A stretch of 63,204 nucleotides of DNA, counting the filler, from Asterionella formosa (lineage: Eukaryota): assembly GCA_002256025.1 (NCBI GenBank). It is 18 parts of 18 records of this genome, joined end to end, with 100 filler letters (N's around TTAATTAATTAA, not from the genome) between each part and the next. Parts side by side here need not be neighbours in the genome. Positions count along the whole stretch, not along the records: positions 38,742 to 42,155 come from NKIB01014173.1; positions 42,256 to 45,667 come from NKIB01014174.1; positions 45,768 to 49,178 come from NKIB01014176.1; positions 49,279 to 52,687 come from NKIB01014177.1; 14 more parts are not named here. One strand, 5' to 3'. The position numbers and the translations under genes were made by a program. The notes beneath the pieces are model-generated. The model worked only from the letters and a program-made list of their open reading frames with translations, was not told where the DNA came from and did not search any database. Shown here piece by piece: positions 38,642-51,981 of this stretch (positions within the stretch are counted from its first letter, which is position 1; every line of letters starts with the position of its first letter).

Positions 38642-39119
38642 NNNNNNNNNNNNNNNNNNNNNNNNNNNNNNNNNNNNNNNNNNNNTTAATTAATTAANNN
38701 NNNNNNNNNNNNNNNNNNNNNNNNNNNNNNNNNNNNNNNNNTACTTCTTTTACGATTGTATTTTCCATGTCATTCTTAAACCAGGTAGCAAGTAGCAAAG
38801 CGTCGTTCTCTATTTTCGTGGAGATAATTCGTATTTTCGTCATGGTCAAGGTTGCGACAACATCATGAAGGATTCTCCAGCTGCTCACAGCCACTACCTG
38901 TCGTCTCTTGTGTTTTGTATGTACAAAAGAATCGCAAAATGGTAGCTAAATTATTACATACTAGTGCCTACGAGGACAAAAAGAATTATGGCACGTTACT
39001 TTGTCTATGACAAGAAAATTATTGGGTGTTTGGTTCCACCTCGAGAAAAATGTACAGGGGGGTCCAGCAACCATAGGGGGGGTCCAGGACAATGAAGTAT
39101 ACGGGTAGACGTGAACATA

Positions 39120-41375
39120 CACTCTGTTTTTGTAATTAAATATTTAGCATGTAAATAAGTTAATCGAAACCAATTTAACATATATTTATACATTGGGTAC
39201 ATGTAGATAGATATCAAGCAATGCTAATGCATTGATTTTGCATCATCATTTTTGTCAAAATGGATGTTGAGCGACTTTGCCGATGCGCCCATTCCTGATG
39301 GTCAGATCCTTGGCTTGACGGCCAGAAACAATGGTCGCAGTTGCGCCCATCATCACTGTTGCGGATCAAGTGCAGTAAAGGTTGGCTCTGTGGTTTTCTT
39401 CTCTTTCTGTAGCTATTGTGTTGGACAAGATCCTCCAAGAACTCGAGGATGCTATCGAGGTGACCATGGACTGTGATCTCCATCCAGTAGGTCAAAGGTG
39501 CAGAGTTGGGTATCTTGCAAGGAGGATTGCGCATAATAAAGTCGAGGCAGCGCAGCATGTTAATTGTGCTGCTGTAGATATTGAATTACTAAAAGATTCT
39601 AAGGAGCAAACAAAATGGAGAATGAATATGCGAGGTTATGGAGTTGCTCTTTAAATGGCGCCGGAGACGAAAACCCCCTTATCATTACACCCTACTATTA
39701 AAAAAGATCATCCAGAAACGTGCTACCGGTAGCCAACTCAATTGCTCCTTCCCCAGCTGCTAGCCTATCAGGTAAAATTCCCGCCCGTTCCAGAGCCGCC
39801 TTCCCAATGTGAGGTATATTATAATTGTTGTCGCTATTAACCAAAATAATCTCTTCCAAGCAACCCTGTAATGTTAAGAAAGAACAATTCAATTTGGTTG
39901 GTTCAAAAAAAAAGAATGCTGCCTGCACTGCTGCCTCTATCAAACTGTCGATGTCGTTGTGGGCTTCTTCCACAGAAACCCATTGACCTGACTGTACTGC
40001 CCTAAAAAAGATAGATCGTTGATATTCAAATCTGGACTGTTCGCTGGTTGCTAAGTCAATCGAATATCCCATTCTTCATCTGTTGCAGCTGCTACAAAGG
40101 GAGCAAAATCGGAACCAAAATGTGTTGAAGCATTGTCGTGCTGTAGATATATTCGTTTGTTTCCATCAGGCCACTTCGCTTTTATCATAGTAGCTAGGTA
40201 AAACATTATCAACAATCATGTCAGCATATGACTGTTTTGTCACTGGGAGTGACTTTGATTCCATTGTCCCTGCCAGTCGATAAATTGAACTTCTTTGCGC
40301 TGCTACTTGGTGCACAAATGGCCAAATTCCAATTTTACCACCAAACGTACACACTTTTTCGTCGTCAAAACGCGGATGTGTCACAGCAGAAAGGAACATG
40401 ACCTTTTCGATATGCTCCTTATGTTTCGTCCGCCTTGTGGGAGCCTCTTCTCCATGAGCCAGATATATTTTCAACTTCCCTTCTGAAACAAAGAACCATT
40501 TTTCATCTATATGGACCTGGTTGTAGAAGCCATCATAGTAACCAAACAGTCTCGGATTAAAATCAACATCAGGGGAAGGATGTTCTTGATCTGGATGGTT
40601 CAATTGTAAATGATTAACAAAATACATAACACGACTTATCTTACCCTCCTCCAAAAGCATCGGCTTGACTGCACTAGTGTGCGGTCGTATTACATTCTCT
40701 CTGTTATCCTTTGCAATCCAAAAAACTGTTGACTTGGGAAGGGCAAGAGCAGCTGCTAATTTACGATACGTAGTACACTTGCGATATGGAATACCTCTAA
40801 TCGCTGCAATTATTTCTTCACGTGCTGGGTATTTGCGAGTATACCAGTCAATAATTTGCGGGAAAGCGATGTAAACACGCAAGTATCATAATTATAATAG
40901 GATTCGAGCGCGCGGTTCCAAATTCGTTTTATAGTTGTTTTATCAACTTTGAACCGGCCTGCCAAAAATTTAACGGTTCCATGCACTAAAATGAGCCGAC
41001 CATCTATTTCGTCCCCTCCATCAGGTCCTTTTTGGAGGTTCCGTAAGCAAACCATAATCCAACACGAGTTGACGCTCTTCTGGTGTTAGATCCTTTCTCA
41101 TGTGCTTGTTGTTGAGAAGAGGTGGTGGCAAGAAAAAAGGGGGGTCAGGCATCTGCATTTCGCTCGAGATGAGCAAAGGTGGAAGTCGAAAAAGCCGAAA
41201 AACGCTTTTTTAGATGTAGTTGCCAATTTTACTCTTTCTATATATAATATATGCATGGATCGGTAGCTTAGAGCAAGCTGCACCATAGGGCTATTGAGCC
41301 GGAGAAAATCGTTGAAGTCAAAATGGCCCCGGATAAATTTGAATTATCGATGCAACTGTTACTAGACAGAGGGAG
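39120..41375 (-). mobile_element. Plant-type (DD39D-like) mariner element, transposase pseudogene 39698-41100
   Basis: VHIDEKWFFV, HIEKVMFLSAV..PRFD, GKIGIWPFV, NNYNIPHIGK; Stowaway-like terminus ACAGAGGGAG|TA at 41366-41377; degenerate counterpart TA|CACTCTGT near 39118-39127. Confidence 0.8.
39260..39654 (+). pseudogene. Frameshifted small accessory ORF inside the mariner boundaries
   Basis: ILGLTARNNGRSCAHHHCCGS.. / ..EDAIEV..CRVGYLAR..GYGVAL read across two frames. Confidence 0.45.
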
Positions 41376-41865
41376 TACCAGGTACCGGGTAGACTGCTTA
41401 CCAGGAAGGTCCAGTAGCAACAGTTTTATGCACACCTTTTCAGTTTCGATGCACTAGCTACCAATGGATTGTCTCCTGCCTGCTGGATGAGATAGACTGG
41501 CTTTCCATTCCAAACTCTCTTTAGTAACTTTCTTCAATGCTAAATTATCATTCATTAAATCCAAGTCATGTTCTGATCATCTAAATTTTGTTCACTTACT
41601 ACTACTGGTAATTCTATTCAGCAACTGGATGACAGTTTGCTAATGGAATTCACCAATAAAAAAAATCAGTAGCTTCTAGTCAAAGTAGTTAGCAATTTCT
41701 AGTCGTAGTCAGCAGTTTCTAATTGCTGTCAGCAAATTTCTAGTCACATTTAGTAGTCACCAGCTGGATCAGCAATCATTAAAAAGGGGTAAATTTGAAA
41801 ATGTCAATGGACTATTAATCGACAATTCCTTAAATAGAGAATCAAACAAACCTACAGATTACCAT

Positions 41866-42155
41866 ACATCTAAGCCGCGAAATACGCCACTTTTCGAAAT
41901 TTCGTCTACGTATGAGTGTTAATTATGTGGTACTTCACATGCATTAATGCCACTCTTCACGTAAAAAAGATTAATTTTAACGGTTTCATGTGAAGTTTTA
42001 ACTGTTTCATGTGAAGTTTTCACAATGAATTTTGAACGCGAGACTGAATTAGTTGATGTTTCAAATAATTCATTTGACTTTTCGAAATTTCGTCTACGTA
42101 CGAGTGTTAATTATGTGGTACTTCACATGCATTAATGCCACTCTTCACGTAAAAA
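41866..42155 (+). repeat. ~188-bp tandem satellite; reverse-complement copy at 45768-46002
   Basis: ACTTTTCGAAATTTCGTCTACG at 41889 and 42077; near-identical inverted copy at the start of the contig beginning at 45768. Confidence 0.9.
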
Positions 42156-42255
42156 NNNNNNNNNNNNNNNNNNNNNNNNNNNNNNNNNNNNNNNNNNNNT
42201 TAATTAATTAANNNNNNNNNNNNNNNNNNNNNNNNNNNNNNNNNNNNNNNNNNNN

Positions 42256-42758
42256 GTATTGGTCAACCCAATCGGTTTGGAAGGAGCGGCCACCGTGCTG
42301 CCGTCAGGACAGACTGAGCATGGTTTGGGAACGCCTGGGCATCCACAAACTTTGGTAATGTTGATTTGTCTGTCTTTGTAGGTCTTCAAATTGGCCGTGC
42401 AAGCCGCCGTCGTGGTGGACAAGGCGGCAGTAAATCTGATTTGATTGCACGTGTTGATGTTCTCTTGCCCGAATGGGTTGGGAGTACCTCCATTGGGACA
42501 CACCTTGCAAGGAAAATTGTAGGGGGTGACGCATCCGCAGACGGTTGGGTATGGCCCTGCGTGAAAGCCGTTACATGGACCAGTGCCGAGTTTCTGAACA
42601 TCTACGATGAGTTGTTTGCAGACCGAGTTCAGCTGCGGGTCAGAGGGCAAATAAGGATTTTTGTTTCCGTTCGGACACAATTGACAAGTTTGAGAGACGA
42701 CTGTAGTCGCTGCCAGGGATAGGAGGAAGATACGGGTAGCTAGCATGTTTCTTCTCAT
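42256..42758 (-). CDS. Secreted cysteine-rich repeat protein (3'-truncated)
   Basis: Signal peptide; repeated CxxCPxG...C...C...CGC modules. Confidence 0.8.
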
Positions 42759-43020
42759 AGTCTTGGCTTGGCCTGATAGATTCTTGATTTGCTTTTGTAG
42801 AAATTGTGAGCTGACACTTCGTTTTCGTTAAAACTCATATATATATATTTAGGAGGCTGTGCCCGTAGGTACCTACCACTACTTAGACTCACAGAATATT
42901 TGGAGTACTGCTATCAGCGAGGTAAATAATCTCGTTGAGGGTATCGATTTCGCGCTTTCGGAACTCTATCTTTATTTACCGATATATCAAATAGTTCGAC
43001 ATAGCACGTAACGATGATGT

Positions 43021-45667
43021 GATGATGAGTTGCACAACCATTTTACCGGACACTGAGGTCGGTGTGTTCCGTTTGTATCAGGCATCTACATACGACAAAG
43101 TCTACACACGAGTATATAGAGAACGGAATCCAGAATCAGCTTGGATGTAATGCTTGATGTCGAAATCGAGCATCACATCATCAGCATAGCACTCACACCG
43201 AGAGCGATATGCTGGTATTACAGCTGGTACCAGTACCACGATGATACATGTCTCACCAGTGTACATACGGTATGTACTAGTAGGTATATTTTGTGAGGGA
43301 GTATAAGAAGGTAATGTACTGGAACTGTGTTTGGATTAAAAATGGAACAGCAATAATTCATTTGGACATTGTAACTACATAAAATCATACACTATTCCTC
43401 TTAACTATTACCAGTGCTCTAGAATAGATAAATGCTTTTCCTCCTTGCAAAGGAGTAACATCAGCAATGTCTACAGTCTCCACTGAAGGATGGTGGCATA
43501 TATAATGCTGATTGTTACCATAATTTGCAACCATTTTGTCTACTACTGCAGAGTATACTCTTGCCATCCAAGGATCGAGTAGCTCATCATCACTGCTCAT
43601 CCTCAAAACCTGTTAAAAAAGGGACAAAAATTCTTGTCTTGGTGATGGCCATTAAACAACTAATATTTTCAACAGCTGCTTGAATTGACATAAATACATT
43701 CCAAGTGCAAAGATTAGACAAATAACCATTGGATTGGGATAAGCAGGCCTTGAGAATCTTGACTGGTCACCTTTTAAATATTTATCCCTCAAAAGTGCTT
43801 GTTTTTGGTCATCACAACGGCCATTGCAATGGCCATCACTTACCTTCTCTTATCTTTGTTCCTTAATGTGATCTTGTGGATTGCTTGTTCACTGCTGGTT
43901 CAAGAATTGTAACTATGAGATGAAGGTTCCTCGAGGGCACTTGTTACAATTTAGTTTTGAGCGATTTTAACATTGGTTGTCAAGGCAAGGCAAAGCAAAC
44001 ATCTTGAAATTACAAAGCAAAATGCACAGGACATTTGGTCTGAGAAGGAGGAATGAACCATGACAGGTTTGATGAACCTCAAAACTGCCAAGGAAGATAG
44101 TCAATGCTAGAATATAAATAATAACATACATTAGAAGTGGAAAGGATTAGTAAGTTCACTTATATAGCACCATTATGAATCATATGTGGATGAGAACAAG
44201 TATTTTCATTGCTTTGGTCTACCTAGCTTGCTTTGTGTACTTCGCAACAATTATATCAAAGTATGTATGGCCATTAGTTGAAACCAAAATGCAATGCATT
44301 CAAGATTTAATTGCTTTTCTTTTTTCCTTCCTCCAAAGATGTTTATAAACAGAAATTATCGTGGTACATCAAATATGTTGAGCCCACTCAATTTCAGAAA
44401 TGAATTTGCGTGGGTACATGTTCCTGTTTCAACAAACAATAAAGGAGGACCCACATTCCCCATGACATCAATCTTGCATCCTTGATTGATGCAAGGCATT
44501 CTCTTGTCACCACGAAAATCAATTCTCTCAATTCCAAGACTCTCTTATCAATTGCATCATTTTAAATTACTTCGAAATGGATCAAATCCTTCTTGTACTT
44601 TTCGTTGAAACCTGTAGATATCTTTCTCCTTTTCTTGTTTTTGGTTGAAACTTGTAGACAGAACTCACCACAGCAAGCTTTTGGCAATTTTGACAAATCG
44701 CCTGCAACTCATCAAGACAACTACTGCATATGTAAAATGCCACGAGAAAACAGCTACCAGAAAAAAAACGGCCGTTCGTCAGGTATATTTCCCTCAAATG
44801 ATCAAACTTCACTCCAAGTTCAACATAGTGGTACTAGATATACCGTGTTTAATTATGAAATGGGAATGAACGGAAGTTCAGACTTCGGCTGAAAAACCGG
44901 CCTACTGTCCGAACATTTCTACGAAAATCAGCGTAAGTGTCCGGTAGATGTCTGATGATGAGTTGCACAACCATTTTACCGGACACTGAGGTCGGTGTGT
45001 GCCGTATGTACCAGGTAGCTACATACGACAAATTCTACACACGAGTATATGGAAAAACGGAATCCAGAATCAGCTTGGATGTTATGCATGATGTCGAAAA
45101 TGAGCATCACATCTTTAGCGGATTTACCGGGATTTAGCGGCTGGCATGATGCATGTCTCACCTGCATACTGATATAGGTATATTATGTATGGCTGATGCA
45201 CTGTGGCTGGTCAGATTAAAGATTGTACTGAAATACCTGCATTTGGACTTAAGTAATGGTAAAAAATCATACACTATTCTTCTAGCATGCCCATGGATAA
45301 ATGCTTTTCTTGCTTGCGAAGGATCAACACCAATGTCTTCCATCTTAACTGAGGATGGCGGCATATATGATGCTGATTGTTACCATCATTTACCACCAGA
45401 GTTTCTGCTACTTCAGCCATAATACATTGCCAGAACTGAGGACAATGTATGAGTTTCAACCCACTTTCCAGTAGCCCTGACTTTGTTCTCTAAGTATACC
45501 ATCAAGAATCTTATGTCACACAGAATTTTGCAAGCCTTTCTAGTACCACGACCCTCCTCTGCCATTATGAAATCTAGATGGTAGACATCTCTTCCTTGCA
45601 AAATCTTAAGGGGAGGAACATCATTCCTCACATCTCCCAACCACCATTGCATCCACAAGTCTAAGGG
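43021..45667 (-). mobile_element. Two diverged copies of a TE segment (43021-43530 and 44953-45400); the second lies next to a Crypton-like C-terminal ORF fragment (45413-45667)
   Basis: Direct repeat GATGATGAGTTGCACAACCATTTTACCGGACACTGAGGTCGGTGTG..; peptide LWMQWWLGD..VPPLKILQGRDV..RKACKILCDIRFLM resembles stramenopile Crypton C-termini (recalled, not searched). Confidence 0.45.
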
Positions 45668-45767
45668 NNNNNNNNNNNNNNNNNNNNNNNNNNNNNNNNN
45701 NNNNNNNNNNNTTAATTAATTAANNNNNNNNNNNNNNNNNNNNNNNNNNNNNNNNNNNNNNNNNNNN

Positions 45768-46002
45768 TACGTAGACGAAATTTCGAAAAGTCAAATGAAT
45801 TATTTGAAACATCAACTAATTCAGTCTTGCGTTCAAAATTCATTGTGAAAACTTCACATGAAACAGTTAAAACTTCACATGAAACCGTTAAAAGTAATCT
45901 TTTTTACGTGAAGAGTGGCATTAATGCATGTGAAGTACCACATAATTAACACTCATACATAGACGAAATTTCGAAAAGTGGCGTATTTCGCGTCTTAGAT
46001 GT
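45768..46002 (-). repeat. 188-bp satellite copy
   Basis: Reverse complement of about 41866-42101. Confidence 0.9.
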
Positions 46003-48010
46003 AGGCCTGGATTTGAGGATGAGGGATCCAGGAGGTGAATGTGACGGTGACACTGATTGGAGGGAGAGTGTCGAGGAACTGATTGGAAATGGGAGCAAAG
46101 CGTAGACGTACAGTGCGACGGTAAGGAGAGAAAAGGGAGGGATCCTGGTGCAGACGGCAATAAAAGGTGTTGGTAAGAAGGTCAAGGAGGGTGGGCCAAA
46201 GCTGGTGAGACGTTCCAGCAGGATACCATTCCTTAAGGTGATGCTCAGGGCGGAGGTGTGGGGACCGTTTCCTGATTGTGTACAAATAGGCCAGGATGCG
46301 ACGCCAAATTGTCCAGCTGGACTGACAGGGACGGGATTGTTTGGGCCATTGGAGGGTCGAGCGGCGAGAGGAGCTCTTGTTTCCAGCTCAGGCGTCTGAG
46401 GTGATCGAGCGCCCTGAGTTGTCAACTAGGTCGGAAAGAGTGAGGACCTGAAGATATAGTTGGCATCGATTAAACTTAAGAATGTCCGCTTTGGAGAGAA
46501 TGGGAGTGTTTAGCAGTGCAAAAACTGCTGGCATTAGAATGTTGTCATCCATTCTGTCTAGGGGAAGGACCCACAGGCCTATCAAAGCAACCTTGCCCTG
46601 CACCCCATGGAGAAACATCCAGGTGGTGGTCACCCAGGAAGTCTCGACATACTGCTCGATCAGGGAGTAAGGATATGTAAATGGAGGTTGAGGAAAGCCA
46701 AGGTGAAGTTGCAAAGTATCCATAGTGATGAGGAGGAGACGTCCCACATTGTCTGTGGCGCACAAATGCCCTAGGAGATATGAAAGGTGATAGGTGCCTT
46801 GCATAACCCACAGTTCTGGGATTTGAAAACCACTGTGGTGGAAAGAAGAACCGAAGATTATGGCGCGGGCAGTGTGTGAAGGATGTAACAGAGAGAGTGT
46901 ATGAGATAACTGGACTCCACGTTGCACTAAATGCGGTGTAGACTTCTGTTCTTGTGAGTGGTGCAAGGGAGATATTTGATGCCCATTTTTTTGCTTTGGT
47001 GAGACGAAAATGAAATTCTTGATGAAACGAGCCATCAGGGGCTGCTCTGACGCCGAGAGAGCGTTTTCCAGTTTGACATTCTATTTGCGGGATTGGAAAG
47101 GAAAGAGAAGATCTTCCGGAAGTCATATTGAGAGTCAAATGGGGGGAGGCCGAGTTTGGTTGCAGGGAGGGGCACCCGTGGCGATCCCAGGTCCAGTCCG
47201 CCCATTAAGTAGAAGAAATTTTTTTGCAGGGCTATAGCGCCACTACTAGTAGCATAAAGAAGGCGCTCCCAATGTTGTGCAACTTCTGCCATTGAGGCGA
47301 CTAGCTCCGAACCAGTAAGGATGTCAGAGGTTCGTCACAGGTCAGTGTCATCCACAAATGCTTCGCCTGGGCATTGAGAGGAGATAAGTAAGCCACGGGG
47401 GCAACATGCGTAGAAACCATCTGTTAAGGAGCTGAGGGCATGTAGCAGGACATTGCTAAGACACATCCAGATGCAAGGTGCCGCACCACTCCCATGGAGG
47501 ACGCCAAGGATAAGGAGGGTGGTAGTGGTCGTGAATGATGTGGTAGAGACACCACCATGATATGCTGTGCGGACATAGAAGGTCACGGCAAGAATTATTG
47601 CTAACATGCATTTTCTGCGGATTTTGGGATCCCAAATCGTTCTGTGGCCATAAGACCTAGGGAGGGTACTATCCGGTCATAGCAGGCTTTGGCATCGTTA
47701 TTGAAGATCACTGCGGTGATGCGACGAAGGCGGATGTAGTCGTAGGAAAGTACTTTTAGTAACAAGGCACTTAGGCAGCTGGAGATTCCCAAAATTCCAT
47801 TTATTAAGAGCATTGTGATCAAGAGCATGGTACACCAACCGTCTGCCCCACAGAAGGCGAAACGCCAAGTTCATGTCTGCCTCTAATAATTGTATGACAT
47901 GGAGAGATGTAAAGAGAGGGTTTCCCACATCTTTTTCGAGCATAATCTGGATCGCGCTTGTTCACCGAACTGGAGCAAAACCTAGTTGAAAGGGAAGAGT
48001 TATCATCGTC
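46003..48010 (-). mobile_element. Degenerate non-LTR retrotransposon RT (diatom Ambal/L1-like)
   Basis: MLEKDVGNP..LHVIQLLEADMN, NDAKACYDRIV, GVLHGSGAAP, AFVDDTDL, KRSLGVRAAPDG, NRCQLYLQVLTLSD; many frameshifts. Confidence 0.88.
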
Positions 48011-49278
48011 TGCAAATAAAAAGTATCATGCATATAGGATCAAGGGTATCGTACGCTAAGTGGCGCAGGATTTTCGTATATATGATAATTTTTGGATCAA
48101 AAATATGATCAAGGTATCTTTTGTCTATGATGATTTATTAATATGTTACCGACCTTGAAGTATAATGATAATAGGAGCATTATCATCACACAATGTATAT
48201 AAACTGATCAACAACATTTCTCGTCAATATCATAAACCTTCTCATATTATTTTCACTTCTCGTGATCGCCCGATGTAAATTTTTACTATAATGCATCCTA
48301 AAATCAGCTAAACTATATGCTATCATTTGAATTATTTCATCGTATATCTATCTTAAACATGATCATATTTCTAATTACAAGGATTGTTAAAAAAGGATTG
48401 GAACGGATCTTAATTTAGCTATCAAATTTAGCATTGCTATCTATGATTTTACAGGCCAGCAACCCAACGTTTCTTTCTCTACTCGGGTCAATGTGTATTG
48501 TTCCTGTCTCGCCCTTTCCTTCCTCTATTCTGAATCTTGCGCCATGCAGTGCTTAATGTCTCGCATTTCTCCCTGCAACTAGTGACACTCTGAACTCACC
48601 GACATCTACAACGCCAATTACTGGTGCAGGCGCCACAAAAAAAAACGCTAGTCAAATATGATCACCCAAATTAATTATTTGGGTGGCCCAATATGACGAA
48701 TTTAGCTACGTACATAATTTAAGGGTATGACATCACATAAAAAATATGATGCATCATACAATATATATGAACGGAGTGAACTAAAATAGTTTCGACAACT
48801 TCCATAATTATTTTAGAAACCCACATAATTTTTGGGGCCAACTGACAATATTTTCTGGCGACACGAAGAAAAATTTGTTCAGTAATAATCTCTATAATAT
48901 GGTACTTTTCTTGACAATTCGCAACATTTCCGTTCACAAATATTCTTCACTCTGACTACCGTTAATTCTGTGAGTTTGCTCCCATTTTATCTTTACTTTG
49001 ATCACATTAATACCTCAAGGTTAAACAAATATATATGCTAGTCAAACAAATAATTATGTGTAACCAATCAACATTTTAATTAAATTCTAGCTACAATCGC
49101 AAAATCAATCAAATTAATTACTTCGCTATATAGTTTATATTGATACTTTCTATAGAACGTGATTCTCAAACCAATACGNNNNNNNNNNNNNNNNNNNNNN
49201 NNNNNNNNNNNNNNNNNNNNNNTTAATTAATTAANNNNNNNNNNNNNNNNNNNNNNNNNNNNNNNNNNNNNNNNNNNN

Positions 49279-49600
49279 GCTCGTTGGCTGGGTGGTAGGA
49301 AATCTAGTTGGCTGGGTGGTGGGCTCCGTGGTAGGTTTGCTCGTGGGCTGGGTGGTGGGAAATCTAGTTGGGTGGGTGGTTGGCTCCGTGGTAGGTTTGC
49401 TCGTGGGGTGGGTGGTAGGAAATCTAGTTGGCTGGGTGGTTGGCTCCGTGGTAGGTTTGCTCGTGGGCTGGGTGGTGGGAAATCTAGTTGGTTGGGTAGT
49501 GGGCTCCGTGGTAGGTTTGCTCGTCGGCTGGGTGGTAGGAAATCGAGTTGGTTGGCCGGTAGGAACAGAGGTAGGTTTGCTCGTGGGTTGAATGGTAGGA
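49279..49600 (-). repeat. Coding tandem repeat, 60-bp unit (PTTQPTSKPTTEPTTQPTRF)
   Basis: About 5 visible copies. Confidence 0.9.
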
Positions 49601-51320
49601 AAGTTGGTGGGCTTACTGGTTGTTGGGGACGGAGTAGATGGCGGAGCAGCAGGACAAGTAGAAGCCTGATTAGTCAAGCGAATTGAGAGGATCATATATT
49701 TTGGTTCGGTGGAAGTGGCGGCCACTATTTCACAAGCTTCAATGATGTACAAGCCGATCACAACACTTTGCGTAGCCGAGAGACCCCTTAGCATTGATGA
49801 TTCAGAAGTGCTACTTGGAGCCGTCACGATCGTGACCATGTCTGCCTTCTCTTGCACTTGAAAGTTAAATCCAGCCGCAAGGTTGTACTGGATGTAAAGT
49901 TGATCAACAATGATCAGAACATATTCATTGCGAGACGTAGCTGATGCATTGGCATAATCTACGAAACCCACAAGTTTGCCAGTCCAGGCTCCATTTGTTG
50001 CTGGTTGTACAGTGATTTGTTTGTCAGCATACCACCCGAGGACATAGTTCTTGTGTCCATTGAAGCACATCAATGGTGATCCAGTTCCAGAGTAGGAGTA
50101 ACCCATCATGCAGCTCTGGTCATCGTATGAATAACCATTCTCATTGGAGTGTTGAAGACCTAAGTTATGTCTGTTAACAATGGATTAGAGTGAGAGATAA
50201 GAAAAAAGAGCGACAGAAAATTTCATGTGAAATATGCACCCTTGGACTTACCCAATTTCATGCATTTTTCCACTGAGACTCAAACACTCACCTACAATAA
50301 TAGATCGACAAATAGAAGAGGATAGGTAAGCCCTTTGGATGAAGATGTTGAATATTTGGATTACTGAGACTGCACTCACCATCGTTATGATATGAATATT
50401 GTCCTGGAACGTATGCATAGGCGCCCCATTCTTTCGAACCGCCTGCAGTGAAAGTCGTGCCGTATGGCATGCAAAACATGATGTTGGAGAAAGTTTTCCC
50501 GAGATCAGCAACACCAAGCGAAGTCTTAACCGCATTTTTCAAGGAGTTTTCAAGGTCAAAGATGTTGATGTTGTTGACGGTTCCAGGAAGTAGGATGTCA
50601 ATGACTCCATTTGTCACCTTGTCTGGGTAACCACTTGCAGCAACAAATGTCAGTTTCCCTGCAGAGCATGAACTGAATTGGGCAGCCATAGAGTACTGCT
50701 GACCTCCAGTACCAAAAGCTGTATCTGCCAGGCTTGTGGACGAGGCGGATTGGGTGGATGAAGGGGCAGAGACACGAACAACAAGGAGTGATCGGGATCC
50801 TGTTTGAGCTAAATGACGGTCACGATTGGAAAGACTTGCAACGAAGTGAATTCCAGCATTTGGTGGAATAACAATGTAGTCTGGTTTTCCAAAAGCTGTA
50901 CGAATGGCAGAACCACCAATGATACAAATACTAGAAACGCCGGTGTCCAGCTTTTCCTTATGTGCAACGACAAAAGCTGTCGGGAGGTTGATAGAATATG
51001 CCATCTCCGATTCTCCATCACCCTCCTGGGTCTCGTCAGTTATACAGCGGTAGATTGAGGTGGGCCCTCGATCAGCCATCATGACATGGACGACTCCAAC
51101 ATTACAGTAGAGACATACTCCGACTTGCTTTTCAACTCCGGGAAGGCCCTACAGTAAGATGAAGGGAATGACGAGGAAATGTTATTTCCTGTTTCCAGTT
51201 AAGACTTTAATGATTAACAAGCATAGAGTGCAATAACGGACTTACCGATTCGTCCTGTGCAGTAGTGAGAACCAAGAGCAATGCCAATGCTGCACCGATG
51301 AGTGGGTGTCCAATTTTCAT
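49279..51320 (-). CDS. Secreted M11 (gametolysin-like) metallopeptidase with PT-rich tail; multi-exon, 3'-truncated
   Basis: Signal peptide from 51320; HEIG|HNLGLQH split by an intron (~50172-50251); YDDQSCMMGYS, CFNGHKNYVLGW. Confidence 0.9.
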
Positions 51321-51981
51321 TTCTTTTGCTTTCTCGGTTTATAATACGGTATTTTTTTATTATTGCGAGCGCGAATGCTTTGATTTATGATCAGGAACAA
51401 AAAGTACGATGTTCTGATTTATTTACTAGGTACCCTGTATGTTTTTAAATACCATAGATGCCAGTTCGAACCCAGATGCGATTCGGTGAAACTTGCAACA
51501 GTCATCCTACATTCGCATTTACCGGTTGTCGTGTGTGATAATGACCAATCTAAGTAATTTGAAACGGGGCATACGAGTTAATAGATACCGACAGTAAGTA
51601 CCGGTACCGGTAAATTGTCGATCGTATCGGACGATAATCAGTAATCAGTACTGTAACTATTCTGTAGACTGGACCTGGTGCATTATTCATACCGGTATTC
51701 TGATTCGTTATACCGGTACTTACATCTGTTCGATAGGCCCGGTTTGCGAGGGCTTGCAATCCCACGCCTGCCACACTCACTGTATACGCACACATGCAAC
51801 ATTTTCTTGGATGCTGTTGGCCGATACGAAATCCAGGACCTCGTACCAGGTACTGGTACCGGAAGCCGGTAGCTTATTATCTTTGTTCATAGGAGTGTAC
51901 GCGTAAGATACATACAGGTACCGGTAGTATAAATACGATAACAAGTGATATGTATGATATTGCAAATAGTATACTACCAGG

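Noticed and set aside
49292..49686. Antisense ORFs with GWVVG repeats
   Set aside because: Shadow frames of the PT-rich peptidase tail.
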